A stretch of DNA of 64,000 nucleotides from contig OZ220733.1 in the NCBI GenBank assembly GCA_965116875.1, forward strand, positions 2,208,001-2,272,000, in the 5' to 3' direction. The translations under genes were made by a program, and so were the position numbers. This document shows, piece after piece, positions 1-10,580 of this stretch; position 1 is the stretch's first letter; each line of letters begins with the position of its first letter. The notes under the pieces are model-generated. The model was not told the DNA's origin. It was given only the letters and a program-made list of their open reading frames with translations, and ran no database searches. This DNA comes from Candidatus Latescibacterota bacterium (lineage in GTDB: Bacteria > Latescibacterota > UBA2968 > GCA-2709665).

Positions 1-591
1 CTCCCGCCCTGCTTCGACTATCCTTCCAAATCCGCCGTTGCGAAACTGCTGGACGCCGCGGTCTTCCCCACAGCCCGCGAACGTGGAATTCCCGTGGCCA
101 TGATGGTGGGTGTCAGGCGCGGGGTCAACCCCCTGTTGCGGGACGGGGGCGACGGCATGGGAAAATGGGACGTCGCCTTTCTCGAGAACATCGCCCGGGA
201 ATGGCCCGGGGTGAACTTCCTCGTCACGCTGCTTTCCCGCGAAAACCAGCATGAACTCTGCGTGGCCGCCAGGAAATTCCCCAACGTCACGCCGTTCGGA
301 TGCTGGTGGTTCCTGAACAACCCCAGCATCATCCCGGAAATCACCGCCGAACGCCTTGAACTGCTGGGAACCGGCTTCGTGCCCCAGCACTCGGACGCCC
401 GCGTCCTGGACCAGCTGCTATATAAGTGGACCCATTCCATCAGCGCCATCGCCCCGGTATTCGTCCGAAAGTACGAAGCGCTCAGGAACGCCGGTTGGCC
501 GCTGACAGAACAGGATATCCATAACGACGTCGCACGGATGTTCGGCGGCGGCTTACTCTTTGCGAAGGAACAGGAAGCGGAATCGGAATAA
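1..591 (+). CDS. Uronate (glucuronate) isomerase, Bh0493-type amidohydrolase fold; 5'-truncated by window edge
   Basis: Frame open from base 1; motif GCWWFLNNPSIIxEITxERLELLG..FVPQHSDARVLDQLLYKWxH typical of the divergent uronate isomerase family. Confidence 0.8.
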   Translation, partial: LPPCFDYPSKSAVAKLLDAAVFPTARERGIPVAMMVGVRRGVNPLLRDGGDGMGKWDVAFLENIAREWPGVNFLVTLLSRENQHELCVAARKFPNVTPFGCWWFLNNPSIIPEITAERLELLGTGFVPQHSDARVLDQLLYKWTHSISAIAPVFVRKYEALRNAGWPLTEQDIHNDVARMFGGGLLFAKEQEAESE

Positions 592-1229
592 TGAGAATGA
601 ACGCGGTGACCGCCGCCAGCCTTCTGGCAAATGTCGTCCTGCTCGCCGTTCTGCTGTCGAACGGCGACGTCAGGGAGGACCGATGGCAAACCGTGGAGGG
701 CGACAGCGCGGATCTCTTCGACGGGGAATCGCTGGACGGGTGGCGGCCGCTCTCGGAACAGTGGACCGCCGGGGATGGAGCGATCGAGTGTCCCACTTCC
801 AACGGGATACACTACCTGATCTCCGAAAGGATCGTCGACCGGCCGTTTCGACTCCGCTACCAGGTGATGCTCGTCGAAAGGTCGAGGAACGACGGCAAGA
901 TCGTGGGCTTCGTCGACGACGCGGGCGACAACATGCTGGTGGCGATCGATGACGACAATCCGCACACGATTCAGATCGACAGCGGGCGCAAGGTCTTCGA
1001 CAAATCCGGTATCTACGGCCCCTGGAAGTTCGAGTCCAATGCGGATTTCCGGATCGAAACCGGCCGATGGTACGACGTGGTCTGCACCGTGGACGGGTCG
1101 GACTTTACAGTCGGCGCCGGCGACGTGCAGTTGAGTCATCCATACAGACCTGAGTTTCCCGTATCGATCTGGCTGGAAGTACAGCGCACGGGCGCGAAAT
1201 ACCGAAACATCCGGGTTGAGAAGCTGTAG
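591..1229 (+). CDS. Secreted DUF1080 (3-keto-disaccharide hydrolase-like) protein
   Basis: N-terminal hydrophobic segment; LFDGESLDGW...W...DGAI start and YRNIRV end motifs; TAATG coupling with upstream gene. Confidence 0.7.
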   Translation: MRMNAVTAASLLANVVLLAVLLSNGDVREDRWQTVEGDSADLFDGESLDGWRPLSEQWTAGDGAIECPTSNGIHYLISERIVDRPFRLRYQVMLVERSRNDGKIVGFVDDAGDNMLVAIDDDNPHTIQIDSGRKVFDKSGIYGPWKFESNADFRIETGRWYDVVCTVDGSDFTVGAGDVQLSHPYRPEFPVSIWLEVQRTGAKYRNIRVEKL

Positions 1230-1304
1230 TTGCCCGCGTGCCGGCCCGCCTTCGGGAACGCGCTGGCGGTTTGGCCCACCGTATCGGGTGACCGGGTTGC
1301 CGGT

Positions 1305-2492
1305 TCAACGAAGCCACGACCACCGCGCGGCCACCTCGCCCTCCTCGCCGTGCCGTTCCCGGAGCATCGCTTTTTCGGCAGCTCCCGCCCGGAGCAGGCC
1401 CACCAACCGGTCGCACGTCAGTTCCACTTCCGCGTCCGTCATTTCCATCGCATCCACGGTGAAGTACCCCTCGTCGGTATGGTGCGCGCGAAGACGGATG
1501 GAGGGATCTCCCTCCATCATCTCGAGGTTGATCACGGCGGCGCTCAATCCCGTTTTCTCCGCATCCACGGTCACCCTCGCGCGGCTGAACGGGTTCCCGT
1601 TGGGATCGGGATCCACGCTGAGACCGACCCCGTCTATCCCTTCAAGGCGCGCCATCACCCGGTCCAGTTTCCGGTTCTGCTCCGCCTCCCAACCCGGCAC
1701 GTCCAGACGCATCCGATACTCCAGCGCCGCCATCGCGCCGACGATTCCCTCTTTTCCCACCTTCATCGGCCTCCCGATCCCCCTGTTCTGCAGGTTCAGC
1801 GCCCGCACGAGATCCTCCCGGCCGCAGACCACGCCGGCCGTGGTTCCCGAGAGATATTTATGCCCGCTGCAGACGACCAGGTCCGCGCCCGTGTCCAGGA
1901 TCCTTCTGATGACGAACGATTGCGCCGCCCCGTCAACGATCACCGGGACCCCGTGCTCGTGCGCGATCTCGACCACCCTCGCCAGGGGCAGGGCGCCGTA
2001 CCGGACGGTATGGTGCGACACCACGAAGACCACAGCGGCAGTCCGGTCTCCGATGGCGTGCCTCAGATGCTCCTCGGTGGAGCGGTGTACCGTACCAATC
2101 TCCACGGCCACGGCGCCGGCCAGCCGGATCATCTGCGTTACCGGGGCGCCGAAGTTCACCGCGTGGCCCTTCTGAATCACGACTTCGTTGGCCATCCCGG
2201 TCGTGTCCGGAAGCTGCCAGACCCGTCCGACGTCGTTTCCGGTCATGGACGCGGCGACGCCCAACGTGATGCCGGCCGCGGTACAGGCGGTCACGCACCC
2301 CCACTGCGCGCCCGTGGCGCGTACGATCACCTCTCCCGCGCGCTCCTGGAGCTCATCCAGATCGTAGAAGCAGCCCATCGCGCGCGTCACCTCTTCGACG
2401 ACCTCAGGCAATACGACAGCCCCCGCCAGATGCGTCATCTTCCCGCAGGCGTTGATGACGCGGGTCAATCGGTACTTTTCGTACAGGTCCAT
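1305..2492 (-). CDS. SelA-like PLP-dependent enzyme (DgaE/D-glucosaminate-6-phosphate ammonia-lyase family)
   Basis: RVINACGKMTHLAG, VIVDGAAQ, SGHK (PLP lysine), GIGRPMKVGKEGIVG; ATG at 2492 with GGAGG upstream. Confidence 0.8.
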   Translation of the reverse strand: MDLYEKYRLTRVINACGKMTHLAGAVVLPEVVEEVTRAMGCFYDLDELQERAGEVIVRATGAQWGCVTACTAAGITLGVAASMTGNDVGRVWQLPDTTGMANEVVIQKGHAVNFGAPVTQMIRLAGAVAVEIGTVHRSTEEHLRHAIGDRTAAVVFVVSHHTVRYGALPLARVVEIAHEHGVPVIVDGAAQSFVIRRILDTGADLVVCSGHKYLSGTTAGVVCGREDLVRALNLQNRGIGRPMKVGKEGIVGAMAALEYRMRLDVPGWEAEQNRKLDRVMARLEGIDGVGLSVDPDPNGNPFSRARVTVDAEKTGLSAAVINLEMMEGDPSIRLRAHHTDEGYFTVDAMEMTDAEVELTCDRLVGLLRAGAAEKAMLRERHGEEGEVAARWSWLR

Positions 2493-2579
2493 TTTCGTTC
2501 CTCCGAACTCCACAAGGGGCGGGCGGCGATACCGATCGGTCCTGTTTCTTTCTGCGCTCCGCCAGGGGAACAATTGAAA

Positions 2580-2605
2580 GGGCAGACATGAATGTCCGCC
2601 CCACC
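2580..2605. repeat. REP-like palindrome GGGCAGACAT-GA-ATGTCCGCCC
   Basis: Imperfect intergenic inverted repeat, further flanked by TTGAA/TTCAA. Confidence 0.5.
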
Positions 2606-2721
2606 TTCAATTCGGCTTTCTGAAGGTCTCGACAGGACAATGTGGGCGAAACGACGAATGATTGGCGATCAATGCGGCCTGGATGGCACGCTCCGGAGCG
2701 TTGGGGACGGTCTTCCGCCCG

Positions 2722-4092
2722 TCAACTTCCCAGTGCCTCGTCGACCGACTCGCCCAACACCGCAAGCCCCTCTGCCACGGCTTCCTCGTTGATCGTCAGC
2801 GGCGGCGAGATCTTTACCGTCTGTCCCCAGGACCCCACCGGCGCGAAAAACAGCAGTCCCTTGTGAAAGCAGCGTTCCACCACGTCGAAAGCCAGATCCG
2901 GATCCGGCTCCTTCAGACCCGGCCTGACCATCTGCAACCCCGCAACAAGCCCCCTTCCCGTGCAATTGCCGATCACGCGCGGATGACGCGCCTGAATCGC
3001 GCGCAATCCGTCCATCATCAGAGGCTCCATCCGGGCCGCATTGCCCGCCAGGTCGTCCCCCACGATTTTCTTCAGGCTGGCCAGCGCCGCCGCCGCGCAG
3101 ACCGGGTTGCCGGTATGGGTGCTGGTCATGGATCCGGGCGGATATTGATCCATCACTTCCGTCCGGCCGATCACGCCCGAAAGCGGAAGGGAACTGCTCA
3201 CGCCCTTGCCGAACGTGATCATATCGGGCGTGACGCCGTAGTGTTCGAACCCCCACATGGTTCCGGTCCGTCCGAACCCGGCCTGGACTTCGTCGAAGAT
3301 CAGCAGAGCCGCGTGCGCCCGGCACCATTCGGCCAGGGCCCGGGCGTATTCAACCGGCAGAAAGTCGGGTCCCACGCCCTGGTAGGTCTCCACGATCACT
3401 CCGGCGACGTCGTCGGCCTCAATTCCCCTCTCATTCAGGGTCGTGCAGAAGTGGTCGAAATCGGTATTCCCGGTCCAGTATCCGTCTGGAAAAGCGGCCT
3501 GTACGATGGCGGGATCCTCATTTACGATCCAATCCTTCTGCCCGGGCATGCCGCCGGCCTGCTGCGCCCCGAGCGTCCGCCCGTGGAACCCGCGTTCAAA
3601 GCCCACGATCCCGATCTTTCGGCTCCCGCCCTGTGCGATTCCCCATGTACGCGCCAATTTGATTGCGTTTTCGGTGGCTTCCGAACCCGTTGTCAGCAGA
3701 AACACCTTTTCCAGCCCCTCCGGCGCCAGCCGAACCAGAAACTCGGCGAGCTCAGCCCTCGCGGCGTTGGGAAACACGTAACTGTGCAGAAGTCCGTTGT
3801 TGACCTGATCCAGAATTGCCTTTCTCACCTCCGGCATCCCGTGGCCCGCGTTGGTCACCAGCACCCCGGAACTCCAGTCCAGCCACATATTTCCGTACTT
3901 GTCGTAGACACGGACGTCCTCTGCCCGGTCCCACACGACGGGCGGCTGTCCCCGCATGGAAGTCGGCTCGTACGTTCGCAACGCCTCGAGCACGGGAACC
4001 GACTCCGGATGCGGCAATCCGGAGACGATTCGCCTGTATTTCGTGTTCACGCGGGGAACGTCCCGGGGTGTGATATCGAACTCCCTGCCCAT
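2722..4092 (-). CDS. Class III PLP aminotransferase (GabT/ArgD-like)
   Basis: TGSEATENA, FHGRT, LIFDEVQAGFGRTG, FGKG (PLP lysine), THTGNP, PPLTI. Confidence 0.9.
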   Translation of the reverse strand: MGREFDITPRDVPRVNTKYRRIVSGLPHPESVPVLEALRTYEPTSMRGQPPVVWDRAEDVRVYDKYGNMWLDWSSGVLVTNAGHGMPEVRKAILDQVNNGLLHSYVFPNAARAELAEFLVRLAPEGLEKVFLLTTGSEATENAIKLARTWGIAQGGSRKIGIVGFERGFHGRTLGAQQAGGMPGQKDWIVNEDPAIVQAAFPDGYWTGNTDFDHFCTTLNERGIEADDVAGVIVETYQGVGPDFLPVEYARALAEWCRAHAALLIFDEVQAGFGRTGTMWGFEHYGVTPDMITFGKGVSSSLPLSGVIGRTEVMDQYPPGSMTSTHTGNPVCAAAALASLKKIVGDDLAGNAARMEPLMMDGLRAIQARHPRVIGNCTGRGLVAGLQMVRPGLKEPDPDLAFDVVERCFHKGLLFFAPVGSWGQTVKISPPLTINEEAVAEGLAVLGESVDEALGS

Positions 4093-4189
4093 CGCATCCT
4101 CCTGAGAAGCTTCCTGAATTGAACAGCGGGCCGCAAGCTGCCGTCCGAACCCGTCGGCGCGGCGTCTCACGGCCCGTTGTTCCCTTACC

Positions 4190-5473
4190 TTATATTGGCT
4201 TTTCGTAAATTCGCTGAAAGACCGCTTCCGGTCCTTCGTCTATCCTGCAGGGATCGATGATGGTGATGCCGTCTTCGCCGAATCGGGCCGTCACCGGCGT
4301 CCCCCTGCCTTCCTGCAGATACCTGAAGTTCAGATCCCGCACGCGCCTGGCCGCGTCCACGATCGCAACCGTAATCCGCCCGTCCGCCGCGGTAGGGTAG
4401 ATCCCGTCCACGTCCTCCCGCGTCTCCCCGAGGAATTTGATGCGGCAGGCGGCGACCAGCCCCACCGTGATGCTGTCCACGCCGTAGCCGATATACGCCT
4501 CCGAGCCATCCGGGCGCCTGACGTCGCGCGTCATATGGTTGTTCGCCGTACGGCTGCCGCCCCCGTTGTACCAGAAACGCAGACCCCGGTATTGCTGATC
4601 GGACTCCACCTTTCCGTCGGTACCCACGATCTCATGCCCCTGATTCACCGGTCCCTCGAAATCGTCGGGCGTGATCCAGTTGTTGTGGAAATAGATGCTC
4701 ATTCCATTGTCGAACTCCACCCGCACCTGAACCGCGTCGTAGGCGTCGATGCCCTCGCGAACCAGCCGCTTCTTCTGTCCCACAGCCGAAAGCGCGACCG
4801 GTTTGCTCCTGAAATAGTTGTAAATCAGGTCCGTCCAGTGTGGGCCGACATAGCTGAACGGGTCGCTCTGCTCCGCCCATTTGAACGTACTCGTGGACAC
4901 CTCCAGCGGCTCTTCGAGTACGGCCTGCCCGTAAAGCGGATCACCGATCCGGGTGGAGAGATCGTGCTGGACGCGGAGATGATCGGGATCGTATCGCTTG
5001 TGCATATCCACGCAGACCACCAGCCCTTTCGCGTCGGCAAGTTCGATGATCTCGTCCGCCTCCTCGATCGACAGACACATCGGTTTTTCCATGACCACGT
5101 GCGTTCCGTTCCGCAGCGCGGCCAGCGTCACCTCGGTATGCAGGTGGTCCGGGGTGACTACGGCCATGACGTCCAGATCGGGTACGTCGCGCAGCACGTC
5201 CTCCCACGGCTTTTCACCCCAGTAGGCGCCCGGCTCGCGCCCCGTGGACGCCCTGAAGTTCTCACTTGCCTTTTCCGCGGACCCCCGGGACCGCGTGGCC
5301 ACGGCCACCAGGTCGAATTGTACGTCGGCCAGGTCCCGCGCCCACGGGTCCAGACCGACCCGCCCGAGATTGCCACTGATTCCCATCCGCTGCAGATCGG
5401 CGAATGCCCTGGCGTGTACGTCGCCGCCGAACATCCCCGCGCCGATCAGCGCGATCTTCATCGTGCGCTGCAT
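4190..5473 (-). CDS. Gfo/Idh/MocA family oxidoreductase
   Basis: IALIGAGMFG Rossmann motif, VTPDHLH, EKP, HKRYDP. Confidence 0.85.
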   Translation of the reverse strand: MQRTMKIALIGAGMFGGDVHARAFADLQRMGISGNLGRVGLDPWARDLADVQFDLVAVATRSRGSAEKASENFRASTGREPGAYWGEKPWEDVLRDVPDLDVMAVVTPDHLHTEVTLAALRNGTHVVMEKPMCLSIEEADEIIELADAKGLVVCVDMHKRYDPDHLRVQHDLSTRIGDPLYGQAVLEEPLEVSTSTFKWAEQSDPFSYVGPHWTDLIYNYFRSKPVALSAVGQKKRLVREGIDAYDAVQVRVEFDNGMSIYFHNNWITPDDFEGPVNQGHEIVGTDGKVESDQQYRGLRFWYNGGGSRTANNHMTRDVRRPDGSEAYIGYGVDSITVGLVAACRIKFLGETREDVDGIYPTAADGRITVAIVDAARRVRDLNFRYLQEGRGTPVTARFGEDGITIIDPCRIDEGPEAVFQRIYEKPI

Positions 5474-5588
5474 TCGCTACCTCGCCTTTCCATTTTGCCG
5501 GCACTCTTCCGGCGGCCGACGTGACAGGTTTGTCGCTTCATCGATTCGAGTCGACACGACGGCCACGGGGCCGGAAACGGGCGCGGTG

Positions 5589-6323
5589 TCATCTCGTAAA
5601 GACGGTTCCCCTTACGTAGTCCGCGTCGTCCGAAACCAGAAACGCCAGCACCCTGCCAACGCCCTCGGGCTTTCCCAGCCCCGCTCTCATCTCCTCAAGG
5701 TCCCGCCCCTCCAGGTCCGCCTGTTTTTTCAGGACTTCCATCTTCAGGGGCGTATCGAGGCTCCCGGGACACAGCGCATTCACCCGGATTCCCCTGGAAG
5801 CCAGTTGCTGCGCGAGCACCAGTGAGAGCCCGTGTACGCCCCCTTTGCTCGAACCGTATGCCGCGGACGAACTGCCTCCCCGCACCCCGGCGCCGGAAGA
5901 AACCAGCACCAGCACCCCCCCGCCGGACCGCTCCAGAACCGGCGCCACGTGTTTGCACAGCAGAAAACTGCCCTTCAGATTCACGTCCAGTACGCGATCC
6001 CATGTTTCCGTCTCAAACAGGTCGACCGGTACCAGCGCCCCTTCGAGAATCCCTGCGGAGTGAATCAGACCATCGATGCGTCCGAACGTACCGGCTACGC
6101 TGTCCACCATCGCCCGGACCTCGCCCTCTGCGCGAACGTCAACCTGGAATCCCCGCGCCTCACCCCTCGAACCGTCGATTTCACGAACCGTTGCCGCGAT
6201 GCCGTCCCCGTCACAATCCGCCACCGCAACGCGAGCGCCGGCTCTCGCACAGCAGATCGACGCAGCGCGACCGATGCCCGAGGCCCCCCCGGTTACAAGA
6301 ATCACTCTCTCTTTCAACGACAT
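5589..6323 (-). CDS. Short-chain dehydrogenase/reductase (SDR)
   Basis: TGGASGIG, YGSSK catalytic motif, IRVNALCPG; start re-assigned to ATG 6323. Confidence 0.9.
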   Translation of the reverse strand: MSLKERVILVTGGASGIGRAASICCARAGARVAVADCDGDGIAATVREIDGSRGEARGFQVDVRAEGEVRAMVDSVAGTFGRIDGLIHSAGILEGALVPVDLFETETWDRVLDVNLKGSFLLCKHVAPVLERSGGGVLVLVSSGAGVRGGSSSAAYGSSKGGVHGLSLVLAQQLASRGIRVNALCPGSLDTPLKMEVLKKQADLEGRDLEEMRAGLGKPEGVGRVLAFLVSDDADYVRGTVFTR

Positions 6324-6346
6324 CCTGTGTTGGGTCCCGTCGCGAC

Positions 6347-7774
6347 CTACATGCCTATTGCGTACAGTGTATTGCGTGTCCCGATGTACAGCACGCCGTC
6401 TTTCGCCACGGGCGTTGTGTACACCGCGCTGCCCATATTGACTTCGTTGACCTTCTCGAACTTCGCCGATGCGTTGAATATCATCACGTCGCCGTCTTCG
6501 TCTCCAATGTAAACCTTTCCGTCGGCCACAAAGGGCGAACCCCAGATGGCGGCGTAGGCATCGTAGGTCCAGTGGGGCTTTCCAGTCTTCAGATCCAGAC
6601 AATAGATAAATCCGCTCAGGTCCGCCGCGTACAGCAGCCCGTCGTGGATGGCGACCGTTGACATCGTCCGGTTGAAATCCTTGCCTCCCAGATGCCAGAC
6701 GGCATGGGTGCCGGTGACGTCACCCTTGCCGGTGGCGTCAATCGCCCAGAGATGCCCCACCCCTTCGCCGTGCTCGGGATCCTGTCCCACGCCGATAAAG
6801 ACCTTGTTGTCGTAGATCACGGGCGTGGCGATGATCGCGTTGCGTGTGCCCCGTCCGCCAAGCTCCCAAACGGAGTCCTTCGGATTGCAATCGAACTTCC
6901 AGATCAATTCGCCCGTCTTCGGCGCCACGGAATAAACCCAGCCGTCCCCTCCCGGGAGGATGACCTGCGATTCCCCGTTGATCGTTCCGTAGGCCGGGTT
7001 GGACCACTGCCCGTGCAGGATATTCGTACCGGGATAGGCCTTTTCCCAGACGAGCTCCCCGGTATCCAGGCTGAGTGCGATAAAGCTGGGCGCGAACGGC
7101 GCCGGGATGGCCACGTGGCCTTCATCCACGCCATTGCTGGTGATCACGAACAGCATCCCGTCCGCACCGACAGGCGAACAGGTGGCCAGGTTGTGCGGGA
7201 ACACATCCAGTTCATCCATCATATCGTATTCCCAGACAATATCCGCGCCGTTGGCGCCCGTGACGTCCTCGCTCCGGTACGGCCCGTCGTTTTCCGAGTC
7301 CAGAAAACCCTCGGTATCGGCGCAGACCACCCGACCCTGGTTGGAAACATAGAACAGACGATCGCCCTGGATAAACGGCGTCGAGCAAACTCCCTGCAGC
7401 GGCCAGTCGTTCACCCTTCCCGCGGGCAGCTTCGGGTGGGCCGACTGCCACAGGAATGCCCCGTCGGATTCCCTGAATGCCATCACCACGCCGCGATCAC
7501 CCTTGATATCGGGATTTCGTTCGGCGTGGTTGTTGGTCCCCATAAACACCTTGCCGCCCAGCAGAACGGGTCCGGCGTAGGATTGGGAGCCGAGGGCGGC
7601 CTTCCACTTAACATTCTCTCCCGTCTTCGTATTCCAGTCCGTTGGCAGATTCTTCTCGCCCGATACCAGGTTTCGTGAGGGCGTGAATCCCCACATCGCG
7701 GTCTCCTGGGCGCGTGCGCCCGAAACCGGCCAGAACAACGTAAATGCGACGAAGTATATCCATCCAGATTTCAT
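6347..7774 (-). CDS. Secreted PQQ-binding-like beta-propeller protein (BamB-like repeats)
   Basis: Signal peptide; repeated AxDxxTGxxxW-type motifs, WGSPFVADGKVYIG. Confidence 0.85.
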   Translation of the reverse strand: MKSGWIYFVAFTLFWPVSGARAQETAMWGFTPSRNLVSGEKNLPTDWNTKTGENVKWKAALGSQSYAGPVLLGGKVFMGTNNHAERNPDIKGDRGVVMAFRESDGAFLWQSAHPKLPAGRVNDWPLQGVCSTPFIQGDRLFYVSNQGRVVCADTEGFLDSENDGPYRSEDVTGANGADIVWEYDMMDELDVFPHNLATCSPVGADGMLFVITSNGVDEGHVAIPAPFAPSFIALSLDTGELVWEKAYPGTNILHGQWSNPAYGTINGESQVILPGGDGWVYSVAPKTGELIWKFDCNPKDSVWELGGRGTRNAIIATPVIYDNKVFIGVGQDPEHGEGVGHLWAIDATGKGDVTGTHAVWHLGGKDFNRTMSTVAIHDGLLYAADLSGFIYCLDLKTGKPHWTYDAYAAIWGSPFVADGKVYIGDEDGDVMIFNASAKFEKVNEVNMGSAVYTTPVAKDGVLYIGTRNTLYAIGM

Positions 7775-7853
7775 TTTTGTCTTCTTCTCCGGGTATCATT
7801 GTTCGTGTTGACGCCCATCCGGCGATTTATCGGACGTCCGGCAGGAAGCCCGT

Positions 7854-10028
7854 TCAGTACACGCTGACGTTGTCATAGTAAATGTTCGCCGGCGAGTACC
7901 CATACAGCCCGGGGCTGCCTTCCCGAATGGGAAGCGGGTCCTCCGCCTCGATCGTCCATGCGTCAGGTTCCCTGTCACTCCGCTTCCAGACTTTTCCCCT
8001 GACAATCGCCCGACCGCCCTCGAAATCCACTCGCATCTTCATGGTATACCAGACGTCCGGTTCCCATTCAAAAGCCACGCGGTGAACCATCCTCAAATCA
8101 GACGACCAGGACCGGACTTCCAGTCGCTTGTAGGCGCCCTGCAGATCCAGGATGTACCGGTGAGCGACCAATCCCATGTCCGGCAGCCAGCGCTTGCGTC
8201 TGCCGCCCATCAGATCGGCCTGGACGGTATATCCCGACATTTCAGGCGGCCCGATGTACAGATTGGACCGGTCCAGTCCGCGCGCCGCGGGCGGCTTCAC
8301 CAGGACCTTGTTTCCGTTTTTTTCCTCGACCCTGAACCCCCTGCCTCCCCACACCCAATGGCGCGGGTTCTTGCCCACGGCGACTCCCTCGAAGTCCTCG
8401 GTCCAGGGCGGCTCGGGCGACACCCGTACCCATGCCCGCGCGGTCAGCCCCCCGGTCGCGGCAACCACCCATCCGGCCTGTCCCCGTTTCGCCGGTGAAA
8501 ACCGACCGCTCTCAATCCGTCCGTCCAGCGATTCGAGGGACCACGTCACGTCGACCTCTCCAATCAGCCGGCCCAGGTCGTCGTACGCCCGTGCGCTGAG
8601 TGGCAGCACCTCATCGGGTGTGATTGTAATCTCCGCGGGGACGACAAGGATCGACGCCGGATTGCCTCCCGGCGGCGCCCGGGGGCCCGTTTCAGACGGT
8701 GTGGACGCAGGCGCGAATGCCGCCTCACCGTCGCCCAGACAGAACAGGCCCGCTTCGGTTGCGAAGTAGACCCGGCCGTAGGCGACGGCGACCGAACCGT
8801 AAATCTCCGCGGGCCTCCCGCCGGGCATCATGATCTTCCGGTCATCCAGTACCCGCGCCCCCTCATCCGCCACCTTGAGAATCCGGAATCCGCCGTTGAC
8901 TTCGGTGACGTACAATTTTCCGTCGGCCCAGGTGGGAGAACCCTTGCCCACCGTGCCGATGTTCTGCTCCCAGTATTTCCGCCCGGACTGAGCGTCCAGG
9001 CAGTGTACGTTCGCCGAATTGTCAACGACGTACAGGCGCCCCGCGTGAAGGGCCGGCGAAGCATACCCCGCCGCGATTCCGTCCTGGCGCCAGACCTCTC
9101 TTCCCGTTCCCGCGTCGAGGCAAACAACCCGACCCATCGTGGTGTTGTCCACGTTCTCTTCGCTGTGGGTGGCGTACACGAGATTGCCCGCCGCCACCGG
9201 AGACGTGTTGATCCCCCGCCTGCTCAAGGGGAAGCCCCATACCGCTTCACCCGTCGCGGCCCTGAAGGCGAATATCCCCCCGTTTCCGTTCCCCGCGATC
9301 AACAGCCTCCGGCCGTCGACGGTCGCGGCTACAGGTGTGGAATATACGGTCAGGTCGGCCTGTCCGCCCCCGCCCGGCCGCGCCATCCACACGGTCTCTC
9401 CAGTACGCTTGTCGAAGGCCATGTACCTGTGGGATGGAGGGCGGTCCGCCCAGCCCCGGTTTCCCATGCTGATGACGACCAGGTCACCCTCGACCACAGG
9501 GGTATGCAACCTGCCGCCATAGCCCGAAAACCGGTTGAATTCCTCGGTCAGCGACCGGCTCCAGAGGACCCGTCCATCACCGTCGAAACACAGCAGGAGG
9601 CCGTTCACCAGGTGCGCGTACACATTGCCGGTTTCCCCGTCGCCGCCAAGATTCGCCCAGCCCAGCCGGTTGAACGTGATGGTGGAATGCCACACATTGA
9701 ACTTGCGCTCCCATACCAGCCGTCCGTCCTCCGCGTCGAAACAGGCGACGTGTTCCTGCCTGGTTACCCCTTCGCCTGTTCTTCCGATCACGTAGACCCG
9801 CCCATTCAGCACCACGGGCGTGGACCGGCCGATGAATTCCGACCGCCAGACCAGATTCTCTCCGTCCGGAGACCAGCTGGAAATCAGACCGGTTTCCGGA
9901 GACGCGCCGGTCTGCATCGGCCCGCGCCAGTGCGTCCAGTCCGACGCGGCGCCGGAAGTCGACCAGGCGATTGGAAGGAGACCTGTCAGACAGGCCGTGC
10001 GAAGGTGCGCTTTCAGCCGACTCTTCAT
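7854..10028 (-). CDS. Secreted PQQ-like beta-propeller protein with C-terminal Ig-like and lectin-like (beta-jelly-roll) domains
   Basis: Signal peptide, DWTHWRGP start, multiple propeller repeats, PWTEDFE...YYDNVSVY C-terminal domain. Confidence 0.8.
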   Translation of the reverse strand: MKSRLKAHLRTACLTGLLPIAWSTSGAASDWTHWRGPMQTGASPETGLISSWSPDGENLVWRSEFIGRSTPVVLNGRVYVIGRTGEGVTRQEHVACFDAEDGRLVWERKFNVWHSTITFNRLGWANLGGDGETGNVYAHLVNGLLLCFDGDGRVLWSRSLTEEFNRFSGYGGRLHTPVVEGDLVVISMGNRGWADRPPSHRYMAFDKRTGETVWMARPGGGGQADLTVYSTPVAATVDGRRLLIAGNGNGGIFAFRAATGEAVWGFPLSRRGINTSPVAAGNLVYATHSEENVDNTTMGRVVCLDAGTGREVWRQDGIAAGYASPALHAGRLYVVDNSANVHCLDAQSGRKYWEQNIGTVGKGSPTWADGKLYVTEVNGGFRILKVADEGARVLDDRKIMMPGGRPAEIYGSVAVAYGRVYFATEAGLFCLGDGEAAFAPASTPSETGPRAPPGGNPASILVVPAEITITPDEVLPLSARAYDDLGRLIGEVDVTWSLESLDGRIESGRFSPAKRGQAGWVVAATGGLTARAWVRVSPEPPWTEDFEGVAVGKNPRHWVWGGRGFRVEEKNGNKVLVKPPAARGLDRSNLYIGPPEMSGYTVQADLMGGRRKRWLPDMGLVAHRYILDLQGAYKRLEVRSWSSDLRMVHRVAFEWEPDVWYTMKMRVDFEGGRAIVRGKVWKRSDREPDAWTIEAEDPLPIREGSPGLYGYSPANIYYDNVSVY

Positions 10029-10121
10029 TACAGGAATTCCTCTATTTGATGGTTCGATTCAAGGGTCGAAACTTCACGCCCGGTGGCGCCTCACCGGCTG
10101 ATCATACCACGCCGGCGCGGC

Positions 10122-10580
10122 CTACCGGAACGTCCCTTCCGCAATATCCGATTCACCGGCGAATTGCTTGAGATGCTCTATAGCCCTCGCCAGATCGCTT
10201 CGGACCCACGGATCTCTTTCCGTCCGCATTGCGAACTCCAGAATGGCAATGGCCTCGGGCCGTTCGATATGCATGATTGCGACGGCGGCCTGTTGGCGTG
10301 TCCGACGGCTGCCGTCTCTAAGAAACGGCGCCAGGTCGGGAAGCGCTTCGCCGGCGCCCAGCATCCCCAGCGCCCAGACAGCCTTGGCCCGCACTTCCGG
10401 AACCGTGTCTCGCAGCGCCTGTCGCAAATGGGGAACCGCCCCGGGTACGCGGTGTGCGCCCAGGTATGCCGCCGCATCCTCGCGTTCGCGCGGCGATCCG
10501 GACCGGAGCCGCGTAAAGTGATCGTTGTCGCCGGCGCACGCCGCCAGGCCGAGCGACAATATGAGGATTACGCTACGCAT
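10122..10580 (-). CDS. HEAT-repeat lipoprotein
   Basis: Lipobox LAAC; HEAT repeats ([22 protein letters not shown]); overlaps hemL stop. Confidence 0.75.
   Translation of the reverse strand: MRSVILILSLGLAACAGDNDHFTRLRSGSPREREDAAAYLGAHRVPGAVPHLRQALRDTVPEVRAKAVWALGMLGAGEALPDLAPFLRDGSRRTRQQAAVAIMHIERPEAIAILEFAMRTERDPWVRSDLARAIEHLKQFAGESDIAEGTFR

Noticed and set aside
1305-2492. True selA / selenocysteine machinery
   Set aside because: Short protein with DgaE-type motifs, and no selB/selC/selD nearby; no convincing in-frame TGA read-through seen.
1230-4122. Long antisense ORFs (e.g. 1230-2591, 2662-4122; likewise 10598-11836, 42041-43336, 48117-49358)
   Set aside because: Shadow ORFs opposite well-supported genes, expected in high-GC DNA; no recognisable motifs.
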